A DNA stretch of 63,417 nt, the filler included, from Parasitella parasitica NRRL 2501 (taxonomy: Eukaryota > Fungi > Mucoromycota): NCBI GenBank assembly GCA_025201805.1. It is 6 parts of 6 records of this genome, joined end to end, with 100 filler letters (N's around TTAATTAATTAA, not from the genome) between each part and the next. Parts side by side here need not be neighbours in the genome. Positions count along the whole stretch, not along the records: positions 48,838 to 57,529 come from MU619500.1; positions 57,630 to 62,247 come from MU619530.1; positions 62,348 to 63,417 come from MU619680.1; 3 more parts are not named here. The stretch is one strand, 5' to 3'. Made by a program: the position numbers and the translations under genes. The notes beneath the pieces were generated by a model that worked only from the letters and a program-made list of their open reading frames with translations, had not been told where the DNA came from and searched no databases. Of this stretch, positions 51,610 to 63,188 are shown in pieces (positions within the stretch are counted from its first letter, which is position 1; each line of letters opens with the position of its first letter).

Positions 51610-53540
51610 ATAGCTGCGATACTGTGTAATACAGGCTCAAAAACCATCTTTGTACACCTTCATTTTTGGATGAAATAAATCCCACCGAATTTGAAATACT
51701 ACCCCTTTACCAGCTTAACGGCTCAGTTTGCAATCTCTAATAACTTTGGAAACTATTAAGAAATAGAGAGATAACCTTTTGCTGAAATCTTTTTCTTTTT
51801 CACTATTCTACAACATATCCAAATCTAATGAATCTCTGACCATTTTTCAAATATTGCTATGTTTGGACCCTAAACTTCAGACTCGATTTTTAGTTTTCAA
51901 CTTTGAGTCGATCTTCAGGGTCATTTTTAGGTACGGATTTGAGGTCTAAAATAAGAATACAGGCTAGTACTAGTATGATTACTGTACCTCACTACGTCTT
52001 TTGATTCTCGATATCTATCTTTGCTGTCGAGATATTATCAAAACTAAATTTTGCAGATTTTCCAAATTTTACAGCATATGTTCCTATAACTAGTACCGAA
52101 TTGTACAATTAAATCATGCTAGAGTTCGTAAGTAAAGTAATAAAGCATGTGTTGGTACATCTGTTGGTAATAAACATGTTGTATTCAAGCTTGAATTCGA
52201 CAACTTGGGCCAATTTTGTCTTTTTAGGTTAAACATTGTTCCCCTGTTTCTCAAAAAACTACTATGACACTTTGGCTTGCGTGATTATTAAAATCTTTTT
52301 GAAACCTGATCCTCTACTAGATTTATTAGTTTTTACATAGATATGTCCAAAAAAATATTTTTTCATATGTTTTTAGCAGAGGCTTAATTTATTTTCGTAT
52401 TTTACAGAGCAATAAATGGTATATAACGATACATGATATAGCAATACAAAACTAAAGCTACAAAATAGCTACGGAAAGGTTTCTGTTTGGTCAAAAAATA
52501 TCAATTTTTGAGGGAGAAAATTTCGAAAAACGGGATTGATTTTTACCCTTTTGAATGGCTTCATTTTGGCCCTCTAAGTATAGGACCGGAAAATTGTAGA
52601 TGCATTTTGGTCGAGACAAGGTTTTGATTTTTGGCAGATATAATGAAGCTACAGTTATGAACAAGATATTTATGTGTAGGTATCGATATGATGGTTTGGT
52701 TGATCAACTTTATAGAGCTGAATGTGCTCAAAATATGCTTGATTTTATTCAAAAACTATCAAAAAAGGCGTTTTTTGAATATTTGAAAAGTGGTAATAAG
52801 AAAAGGTGTTTCTATACTCTTGCAATCTATATGTTTAGATGCAGAATTTATTTTTTGTCATAAAACACTTAGTAAGCACATCCGATATACCTATTGCGTT
52901 TATAAGATATCTAGCAATGAACCATGTGCAAAAAGTTCGAAATTTGGTTTGGGTCAAATGGAATCACAGTGCTGAGATTCAATCTATGGCCTTTTTTTTC
53001 GCTGTAAATGAGTCCAACACCTATTTTCAATTGAAGAGCAAAGCATGATTCTAATAGGCACCTTGCTTATGTCTCTATATGATTCGATAACTGAGATACT
53101 GCATAATACGGGCTAAAACCATTTTTGTATACCTTTATTTTTGTATGAAATAAATACCATCAAATCTGAAGTATTACTCCTTTTTCTGCTTAATAGACAT
53201 AATTTGCAATTACTGATATCTTTACAAGCTATTAAGCAATGAAAACATAAATTTCAGCCAAAATATCTCTCGTATAAACTATTCTTCTACAACATAATCC
53301 AATTATCAAATATCTCTGACCATGATTCGGATTTTGGGATGTTTGGGCCCCAAACCTCTTATTCAATTTTCAACTTTCGGTAAACCTTCAGGGTATTTTT
53401 AGGTACAGATTTGGGTGCCAAGGAAGGTATACATCCTTATACTAGTACAACAGCTGTATCTCTACACCACGTTTTCCGAATTCCAATATCTATTTTAGTT
53501 GTCGAGATACTGCCAAAACAAGATCTTGCTGATTTTAAAG
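51610..53540. repeat. ~1.48 kb non-coding tandem repeat, array 2 (about 1.3 units)
   Basis: Unit-start motif at ~51634 and ~53111; 53111-53540 is a diverged copy of 51634-52060. Confidence 0.85.
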
Positions 53541-55919
53541 CAAGTTATGTGGATAATGATTGATCAAGCCTTACGTCTATAAAAGCCCTCCAGTTGTGTA
53601 TTTGGAGCATTATTCAGAAAGTCTTTATCATCACGTTAAAATAACACATTTGCACAACATTTATAATGCTGTGCATTTTATATTGGGAAAACGGTGAGAT
53701 GATCTTCCATATATATACAGTAAAAAGAACCCATTCCAAATTATAAGGGAAAACGGATGTTCTCTTAAAAGAGCTTATATATAATTACAATATGGTTGCT
53801 TTGTTAAACTCAAACTCAGGATCAACTCAATCTCTATCAATAGGGGAAGAAAGCAATTGGTATGTAGTAGTTTACCCGACCTTTAAAAAGGGTCCTTGTG
53901 ATTACTGATATACTTTGTTGTTTTTCCTCCCTTCGATCAATGAACTGAGCAAAATGTTCAGTTAAAATGTAAGGACACTGCTAACAACCTAGAGAATACT
54001 GCATATCATCTATTAGCTGTTGAAGTATGTCATGCACAACTTTTTTTCATGCATTAAACTATAAAAAATCAGACATTTGGGCAGAAAATAAAAAAAAAGA
54101 AACATATTTTTTTCGGTTTTTCGGATTTATCCATTATTTTTCAATGCAATTCACTTTAATCTTAGCATAGTTAGATAGAGCACCACTTTTTGTATCAATA
54201 TGTTGTATTATGCTTGGAGACTTTGTGTTGAATTTGGCATCAAATATGCAATCAAAGTGTTTCGAAATGGGGGGTTTTCTTTGGCTAACTGAATCATTCA
54301 GAACAGAAAAATGCGCCGGTTTTTTAAATTCAGCTACGTGCTCAATGAAAGGCTCTTGAAGTATAGCTGGCAACTATATCATGACAAATCAGTATCAAAT
54401 CGTCTCTCTTTTGAGAAAGCAGCACTGAAGGTAGATCAGAATCTCCAAATATTTGAATACAATACCAATAAAAAGCAAAGCATATCTTACAAGCGTAATA
54501 TTTTTAAAATGATACTGCTGCATGTCGCAGATTTCGCATTTTCAGTTGCTTGTATATTGAGCAGTGTAGGGACAAGAGACATTACCCACATGTCAGTTGT
54601 AATACACCATTCGAATGCTACAATGCATTTAAACATGGCTGCTTTCATTACTAAAATTCTAGAGAAAAACTATGAGACTTGAAATAACTGTTTTTCTCAT
54701 CTTGTCCTCTTTTCATCAAGACTTTAGATTGAAATAACTTTTCATCCAAGCAACCAATTTTAAAACCATAAAAGGTATCATATTCCACAACATCAAATTT
54801 ATCTTATCATATAGCTTTGGTGCACCAGATTATAGTTTTTCCCTTAGTTTTTCCTCTTTATATCGTTTATTGTGTTTCATGCATTTACTGTTTACGCTAA
54901 AATACGGTCACAGGCGTATTGAAAAATTGGCTACGCCTTCTTTTTTTTTTTTTTTTTTTTTTTTTTNNNNNNNNNNNNNNNNNNNNNNNNNNNNNNNNNN
55001 NNNNNNNNNNNNNNNNNNNNNNNNNNNNNNNNNNNNNNNNNNNNNNNNNNNNNNNNNNNNNNNNNNNNNNNNNNNNNNNNNNNNNNNNNNNNNNNNNNNN
55101 NNNNNNNNNNNNNNNNNNNNNNNNNNNNNNNNNNNNNNNNNNNNNNNNNNNNNNNNNNNNNNNNNNNNNNNNNNNNNNNNNATTTTTTTCCTTAAAAACA
55201 GTAAATATTACACACGTTTTCTAAAACAAGATAACTAACACTCTCATACGCATTCTTTTATAGTACCTATCGCAAAGAAAACAATATACAGAATGGCGTG
55301 TTTCTAGTGAAGTAGTTCATTCAGGTATTATCATTTATTATTATGTTCTTGTAATAGCTTTTTTTACTAATTGAAAAATATTTTTTGCTTTACATTTGTA
55401 GTTTTGGTTCTCTCTTAATGTCAAGTGGATGGCCTATCATTGAAACTTGACATTAGATCTTTATCCGGGTCATACAGGAGCATGTAGGCTGCTTCTACTC
55501 ATCGACTGTGCTTACCCTAGCAGTTCTTGAGATGGGCCATTTTATCCGAAGCTAGGAAGTGCGGTAAGGCATTTTTTGGCTGTTTAGGGGTGGTATTCCT
55601 TGAAATTCTACCAATTTCTATTTTTGGTCGAATTTCAAGCCCCGCCTAACATCAAATCAGGGGGAAACCCTGTTTTTTTGTTTTTAGGATTTTAGGGTTG
55701 ACTTAGCCAAATTAATCCTGATTTTATGAGAAAAACAGAAATGAAAAAAATAAAAAAATAAACAGAATTAAAAATACATAATCATCTTCCCACTTTATTT
55801 GAACATAAACTATGAGCATGCCAAGACTTACATCAGAACGTAGAGCTGTTTTACAACAAACATATAATGCTTTTTGCACCATTTGAAGTGAACAAGACTA
55901 GATTCCCATCATAAAATAT

Positions 55920-57529
55920 TGTCATCTTCTATCAGGGATCTACGGCCTTATTAGATAATCAGGGACAGAGTACTAAGAGAAGATATCCAGAAGTTTATTT
56001 CAAATAAGGAGGCTATGATTTTGAGAGTTATATGAGTAACGATTATTTCCAAAGACAATTAAATAAAGAGACTACAAGCGATTATATCACAGAGAACGTA
56101 GGGTCTTTATTAAAGATTGAAAAGGAAGCCAGGATTGCTCTGGTCCTGGTTTCTAAAAGTCTTTATACAATTGCATTTGAATGTCAGTGTCAATATTGGA
56201 ATTGAGATGAGATTCAACCTTCAATTAATAGGCGAAAACTGACATTCTCCCCCACTCAAACTCGACGCCATTTCTAGTTGTTGATACACTAGGTTTTCTA
56301 AAGCCTATTTTTCTTTGATCTTTCGGTAATTGCATTGGTTTGGTTTGATTGTCCAAATTTGCGCTTGCCTTGTGGGATGTCAATTGAGTTTTCTAGACTT
56401 AGTTGCAGATGACGTTTGCTCATCTGTCTTGTAATGACCCCACGAGAACTGTGTGAAGCCTGAGTTGAATGAGGAAGGGTGGTGTTGTCCTTAACGGTTG
56501 TCGGACTAGAGGTGGAGGAAGAAGGTTTGTTTGTATTAACTTTTGACCTATCGTCAATGTGGCGATCCATGTCCAAATTAGGAGCTGCAACAATTTCTCG
56601 GTATATATTACTAGGGGTGAAATCATTTTTGATATGGCTTTTGACTTGTTTTCTTTTGTCATTGATTATTTTCTTTACTTCCACGGGTTTACCTGCATGA
56701 TCTTTCTTTACTTTTTTCCAATATTCAATAATGAATTCGGTGTCAGTGAAATCATTTGCTTTGACCCATGAATTATGCTCCTTGCCATAGTTTTTCCACT
56801 TTACAAGATATTCGCGACTTTGAGGGTCTCCACTATCTTGGATTATGGCTTCGGCCTCAAACAGCTCGCTCTTGGGAATGATCTCCTCTTGGTTTATTGC
56901 TTTTAGCTCTGAAGCCACGTAGTTACGGGACATTAGCATGCCTTCTTCGTCACGTAAGATATATGCGCCACCGTCGTTTTGTCTAATCACTTGGTATGGG
57001 CCTACGTACGATGGTGCAAATGCGTTTGTTTTATGTACGATTTTATGCATCACGTATGTCCCTGGTTTAAAGTTGACTTGAACATTTTTCTGATCAATTT
57101 TACCATTTAACTTATCAGTGTAACGCTTGTGCTGCTCTGCGATCGCTGGGAACACTAATTGACTCATATAGTCGATACGCTTCAAAAGCTCGTTATTTGT
57201 CATATAACGCTTACTCTTCAACTTGCCGTCCGCATCATAATAATTGATTGGAGCGTTCATATTGCGAGCATACATCAGCGAGAATGGGGAGCTTTGTAGC
57301 TTCTTCGAAATTTTGTTGTTTATCATCAGTGCGCAGATGGGTAAATAATTATGCCAATCCTCAATATTTCCATTGAGTAATTTTGCTAACGTTTTCTTTA
57401 CAGTACCCACGTATCTTTCAGCGATACCGTTTCCTTGCGGGTGGTATTGTGTAGCATAGCGTTTTTCAATTTGCATGGATTGAAACAACATCGTATGCAA
57501 TTGATTCGACCATTCTGCACCATGATCCG
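55920..57529 (-). mobile_element. Ty3/gypsy chromovirus 3' end: integrase + chromodomain, PPT and 3' LTR (55920-56244)
   Basis: YHPQGNGIAER, SPFSLMYAR, YVGPYQV (GPY/F), chromodomain EYLVKWKNYGKEHNSW; PPT AGTGGGGGAGAA (56245-56256); LTR TGTCA...TGACA. Confidence 0.92.
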
Positions 57530-57629
57530 NNNNNNNNNNNNNNNNNNNNNNNNNNNNNNNNNNNNNNNNNNNNTTAATTAATTAANNNNNNNNNNNNNNN
57601 NNNNNNNNNNNNNNNNNNNNNNNNNNNNN

Positions 57630-57778
57630 TATACATTTTTTTGAGCAGATCATATTTATATATCCTCTGCGCATAACAATAGGGTAGATTGTATCTATCC
57701 CAAATGTCATGTCATATTATTTTATGATCTGATGTTTTACTCTTCAGTATGAGTTTATATTATATTCACATCCGGTTT
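57630..57778 (-). repeat. LTR fragment related to the 41966-42279 LTR, interrupted by the Tf1/sushi-like element
   Basis: Reverse complement contains AAACTCATA.T.AAGAGTAAAA.ATCA.ATCATAAAATAATATGACATG, as at ~42000-42050. Confidence 0.7.
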
Positions 57779-58272
57779 TGTCATGAATCAACTAACGTCA
57801 GTAATAACCATGGGAAAAACATCATGCATGCGCAGTTCTGAAACATATAAACAAACATCATCTGAATCAACATCATGCATGCACAGTCTTGAAACATACA
57901 AACGAATGCCTGAAACACTCACATGATACAACCATGCATAACAAAGGCCAATTCATGTACCCACGCCCACCTGCATGCATAATCAGCAACATCAGCTGCA
58001 CTCTATCAGATAAATCAGATGTTAATACGTTTCATGTATTAATAGTCTTGCACTTTTCTTTCTTATAAATACCTGCCACTTGGACACATCTTTCATTCTC
58101 TCCTCATCAGTTATCTTGTTATATTTATATCAATAAACATTCAAAATACAAGCAATCAAGCAAACATTAATCGTAAAGTATCTCCCTGATATCACTCTGC
58201 ACTACCTTGCCCTCTACCCCCAGCCAGTTCATGACATTATAACTGATCAAACAAACTATTAGCTCTTTTACT

Positions 58273-60093
58273 ATGACTCAATTAACGGAAGAACAATTTC
58301 AAGGCTTACAAAACCTTGCTCAGCAATTCGACGCGCTTCAGGAGGCTATTCCCCACCAATTCGAGGGATTAACTCAGGCAATTCGAGGCCTGGAAGGCCG
58401 TTTTGTCAACTTGGAGGAAACCTTACAAGAAAGTTTGGCTTTAGAGGTTACCTCAGTCTTGGATCAGACTCGTAAAATGATTGGCGCAGTCAGGAATGAA
58501 TTTCAGGAACTTATCCAGGCTACGAAATCTGCAACTGGCGTTCCAAAGCCCGAGACTCCCAGTGGCGGTATTGTGAAAATCAAGCCACCTACTCCTTTTG
58601 CTGGTAAACCACACCTTTGTCGTGCTTTTTTCTCTCAGCTTGCATTACACTTTGCAGCTAATGAGCAAGTGTATGCTTCCGATGAAAACAAAATCTTATT
58701 TGCAGTCTCCCATCTGACTGGGGTTGCATTTCAGTTTATCGAGCCGCACCTCGACCATCTGTACTCTTCGGACAAACCGGAACTTCTGCGCAACTATTCA
58801 ACTTTCAAGGAGACCCTTATTAAAGCTTTTGGTGATAGTAACCCGGTTGTCAATGCGGAAACCATGATACGTAACTTGAAACAAACTGGTCCAGCATCAA
58901 TCTATGTCACTGAGTTTAAACGTTTGAGCATGTATCTCGAATGGAACGACAAGGCACTAATGTCGCAGTTCAAACTCAACTTGAAGGACTTTATTAAAAA
59001 GGAGTTAGCTAGAAGGGCTCCTACCACTACACTCACTGACCTCATGAACGAAACTATTGAAATCGACAATGTTTTCTACCAACATCATGCTTTGGCCAGG
59101 CAACAACAACGAAATAATCAACAAAGTCATTATCACCGCAGCAGCAATGATGTCGAACCAATGGATACCGCTGCAGTAATCCACCAACCTGCCAGAATAA
59201 CACAAAAAAAATTGGATCCTACCGAACGCCAACACCGTTTTGAGAATAATCTGTGTATGTACTGTGGAAGCAAGGACCATTTCCTCGCAACTTGTCCTAT
59301 CAAAAGAAAACGTGGTGCTGATGCTACTCCTGTATCTATGATATTGATTGATGGGCATAACAACACAGGGACAGATGCGGAGGAAAATGTTTTGAACGCT
59401 ATCCTCACTGAACCACTTTTGAACAACAACATCAACTTGCAGTACCCTGCCCGACAATCAAACCAATTGGAAACGGACTATAATCAGTGCAACTACACCA
59501 AATCAGCCGGCCAGACCAACATTGTCAAGGACAACAAATTAAGCATGCAATTTCTCGTCGAGAGTACCAACAATAACCTGTTGGTTATCCCGGTCAAGCT
59601 TTTTGTAGGCCAGCGATTTGTCGAAACTTCAGCACTTCTTGATCCTGGGGCTTCCTCTTCATTTATAAGCAGCGATATTGTCAACAATTATGGATTACCA
59701 TCGGAGGAGCTTGCTGGTGGTGCGCTCAATTTTAGATTCGCGGACAATTCTGTCGGCACAACATGTCGATCCACCAGTGTTCGATTGGACATCGCCGGAA
59801 CCGACCACTTTGAGTACTTGACGCTCACTCATCTGCCATCTTCAGTTTTTCCAGTTATTTTGGGAATGCCTTGGTTTAAGCTGCATGACCCTGTTGTTCA
59901 CTGGAAAGCTCAAATAGTTGGAATGACCTGCCTTTTTCGAGAATGTTGTAACTCGCGTAGAAGCCCCAAAAGCTCTCCTATTGTCAATACGATCAAAATT
60001 GACTCTACCTCGACTAGCAGTGGTTACGAATGGCCCATTTTTCCATTGGAAGACAAAGAAAATTGTTCGATTTCGTCGCGCTCCACTGAGTAG
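58273..60093 (+). CDS. gag: Gag (retrotrans_gag, CCHC knuckle) fused to aspartic protease
   Basis: KPPTPFAGKP, KILFAVSHLTG, LKQTGPASIYVTEF, CMYCGSKDHFLATC, ALLDPGASSSFI, VILGMPWFKLHDP. Confidence 0.9.
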   Translation: MTQLTEEQFQGLQNLAQQFDALQEAIPHQFEGLTQAIRGLEGRFVNLEETLQESLALEVTSVLDQTRKMIGAVRNEFQELIQATKSATGVPKPETPSGGIVKIKPPTPFAGKPHLCRAFFSQLALHFAANEQVYASDENKILFAVSHLTGVAFQFIEPHLDHLYSSDKPELLRNYSTFKETLIKAFGDSNPVVNAETMIRNLKQTGPASIYVTEFKRLSMYLEWNDKALMSQFKLNLKDFIKKELARRAPTTTLTDLMNETIEIDNVFYQHHALARQQQRNNQQSHYHRSSNDVEPMDTAAVIHQPARITQKKLDPTERQHRFENNLCMYCGSKDHFLATCPIKRKRGADATPVSMILIDGHNNTGTDAEENVLNAILTEPLLNNNINLQYPARQSNQLETDYNQCNYTKSAGQTNIVKDNKLSMQFLVESTNNNLLVIPVKLFVGQRFVETSALLDPGASSSFISSDIVNNYGLPSEELAGGALNFRFADNSVGTTCRSTSVRLDIAGTDHFEYLTLTHLPSSVFPVILGMPWFKLHDPVVHWKAQIVGMTCLFRECCNSRRSPKSSPIVNTIKIDSTSTSSGYEWPIFPLEDKENCSISSRSTE

Positions 60094-62247
60094 AGATATT
60101 CTTGGTTGCCAGGCAAATATGAAGAACATGATTTTGATGACATGTGCGAACAGGGCTATTTTGGTGAGCAAGATCATTTTTATAGCGAGGAACACATTGC
60201 AGAATGGGAAGACAATGATTATCAAGAAGGATACGACATCCCAAGAGAGGCAAATATATGTTTAATGGCAATGGAAACACCTGAAGGGATATACCAGTTG
60301 AGTATGCGTCTTCCGGAATCTCCCAGTCTCGACGATGGGATTAGTTTAGATTGCCCTGTTTCTTCCCTTGTTCACGATTGCTTGTCCACTTCCCCTCCCC
60401 TCATTTCTGCTTTTGACGAGAATAAACAAGGTTTTGACGCTTACGCTGACTGTACCAATTACTTAATGGATAAACAGAAACCAACACAACACCAAGTTTA
60501 CTTGAATCACATAGGAACTGATTTAGATTCTAGCTCGATTGACCCCACTACGTCCACCAAGTTGCCTGAAAAGTACAAAGATTTTGAAAAGGTTTTCTCC
60601 AAAATTGAAGCAGACAAATTACCTCCTCATCGGCCATATGATCACACAATTCCACTCATACCAAACGCCGAAGCACCTTACGGACCACTTTACAACATGT
60701 CAAAAGTTGAACTAGAGGTTTTGCAAGAATACTTACAAGAAAATCTGGCCAAAGGATTTATAGAACGATCCGATAGCCCAGCCGGAGCACCAGTCCTGTT
60801 CGTGAAGAAAAAAGATGGAAGCCTTCGCTTATGTGTTGATTACCGTGGGTTAAACAAAATCACCATTCCAAATCGTTGTCCCTTGCCCCTTATCTCCGAG
60901 ACATTGGATCAACTCAGCCACAGCCACATTTTTACTAAATTGGATATGCGTGGCGCATACAATTTGATCCGAATTGCCAGTGGCGAGGAATGGAAAACGG
61001 CTTTTAGGACCCGATATGGACATTTCCATTACAAAGTGCTGCCATTTGGTTTAATCTCAGCCCCAGCCACCTTTCAAGCCTTCGTCAATGATGTTCTTCG
61101 TGACTATATGGATGTATTTTGCGTAAATTTTTTGGACGACACTTTAATTTACTCTAAAACGCAAGAAGAACATGACGAACACGTCAGACTAGTACTCCAA
61201 CGTTTTCAGGACGCCCAACTTTCGCTAAAACTCGAAAAGTGTGAATTTGATGTCACCAAAGTCGGTTTTTTGGGATACATCATCTCCAATCAAGGAATTT
61301 CTATGGATCCTGTCAAAATACAGGCTATACAAGAATGGGCCACTCCAAAAAATGTACATGATATCCAAGTTTTCTTAGGATTTACTAATTTCTACCGCCG
61401 CTTTATCAACAACTATTCCAAAAAGTGTCACCCTTTAACGAAACTTCTTCAAAAAAATGTGGTTTTTCAATGGGATACAAGTGCGGAACAAGCTTTTCAA
61501 GATTTAAAGTACCTTATGGCTCAAAACCCTGTCCTCCATCATTACGATCCGTCTCTACCATGCATTATCGAAACAGACGCTTCTGATTATGCTTTAGGTG
61601 CCGTTTGTAGCCAACAAGATACTCGTGGTGAGATTCACCCTATAGCATACTACTCTAGAAAACTCCTTCCAGCAGAAATGAACTACCAGATATACGACAA
61701 AGAACTTTTAGCAATCGTCAGCGCGTTTAAGCACTGGAGGCATTACCTCGAATTCTCTCCTGAAAAAACCATCGTCTACACTGATCACAAAAATCTCGAA
61801 TATTTTGCTACTACCCGCGATTTGAGTCGCCGTCAAGTTCGTTGGTCAGAGATTCTTGCCGACTACAATTTCAACATTGTCTACCGCCCAGGAAAAAACA
61901 ACGGTGCTGCAGACGCACTTTCACGACAAGACAAACCTAAAGAGGGGGGAGACTCCTGCGGAAAAACCAAAATGTTGATGTTCAAACCGGACACTTTCAT
62001 TCACAATATCATAGAAGCACCTCTGGAACTAGAAAATAGCATTTTTCTAAATAACATAAAATCAAAAATCACTGGCGACCCGTACTTTTCAACAATATTA
62101 GACAAACTATCAGAGAACCCTGACTACCAACTAATTGAAGGAATTTTGTATTGCAAAGGAGCAATATGCATCCCTAAGGATAACGAGTTATACAAAGAAA
62201 TACTGTTCGAATGTCATGACAGACCAGCCGCAGGGCATTTTGGAATC
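60094..62247 (+). CDS. pol: Pol: acidic spacer, reverse transcriptase, RNase H, integrase N-terminus; in frame with gag-PR after a single TAG
   Basis: LPPHRPYDHTI, LRLCVDYRGLN, LPFGL, FLDD, ETDASDYALGAV, YDKELLAIV, ADALSR, HDRPAAGHFG. Confidence 0.9.
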
Positions 62248-62444
62248 NNNNNNNNNNNNNNNNNNNNNNNNNNNNNNNNNNNNNNNNNNNNTTAATTAAT
62301 TAANNNNNNNNNNNNNNNNNNNNNNNNNNNNNNNNNNNNNNNNNNNNGATGAAACTGGCCGTTTCTGACCAGAAAAAGACGAAACTGACGAGGAGTCGGT
62401 AATTTTGTTTGTTTCCTTAATGGATGCTATGATAGATCAAGTGT

Positions 62445-62515
62445 GCGCGGTTGGTTAAGTGGTATAATCTTCGCCTGCCACGCGAAGGGCCGGGGTTCGA
62501 TTCCCCGATCGCGCA
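62445..62515 (+). tRNA. tRNA-Gly (GCC)
   Basis: GCGCGGT/ATCGCGC acceptor, TTCGC-CTGCCAC-GCGAA anticodon arm, GGTTCGATTCC, followed by T5 Pol III terminator. Confidence 0.95.
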
Positions 62516-62868
62516 TTTTTGCAACAATTTAATAATTGTGGTGTGTAGAGACAAGTATTTGCTTCCGCTGCCACATCTACTACCTTTGTTTTTTTAGCTA
62601 AAAAATAAGTTGACAATAATATCGTAATAAATGTAAATTTAATAAGGCAGATATATGTATTAGTTACGAGATGATATGTATTCAATTTGACATATGATTT
62701 GCTATTTATATTGTATTGAAGTTGCGTGTCAAAACTAATGTACGACAATAACGCATAATTGGATTATGATTAGTGTTTTTAAAAAAAAACTAGATTATCA
62801 CGGATATGACAGATGAACGCTAATAATTTCTGGTAAATATAATGTGCTAGTGTAGAGGGGCAATGACA

Positions 62869-63188
62869 TGTTGTGCGAATTTTTGTTATTAAAAGTGATC
62901 AAGAATACTTTCTGGATAAAACTTTTACAGGCAAAAGATATGATCTCTATTTATACTATATTAAATTTTAATCACTCTTTATCCATGTACCATCTGATGT
63001 TTGACAAGAAGTGCCAAACATTATTAACTCACAGCTACTTTAAAGAGTAGATGTAGATAAGATGTCTCACCAACATCCTGCGATCTGATCTTTGTATAGT
63101 CTTTGAGTAAGTCTAGAGCATTGCAAGAGGTGCTATTACGGCTTGTAGCTTATTTCTTATTTATAAAAGACTTATCATCAGTATGACA
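62869..63188 (-). repeat. Solo LTR (family A, diverged), inverted relative to 31660-32026
   Basis: TGTTG...TGACA termini; shares GATATGATCTCT, CATCTGATGTTTGACA, GCGATCTGATCT, TTGCAAGAGGT blocks with the reverse complement of 31660-32026. Confidence 0.7.

Larger units (their letters stand above)
57779..62247 (+). mobile_element. Ty3/gypsy LTR retrotransposon of the Tf1/sushi group: 5' LTR 57779-58236, gag-PR, RT-RNaseH, start of integrase; cut by linker
   Basis: LTR with 9-bp terminal IR TGTCATGAA/TTCATGACA, TATAAATA and AATAAA; gag, CCHC knuckle, PR, RT and RH motifs. Confidence 0.95.

Noticed and set aside
48111-53048. Duplicated short ORFs (MNKIKHILSTF.., MQNLF..) as genes
   Set aside because: Produced by the DNA repeat; frames and stops differ between copies
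54134-54720. ORFs 54134..54373 and 54311..54682, and a Cys-containing minus-strand fragment, as a transposase
   Set aside because: Possibly a decayed TE but no diagnostic motif could be supported
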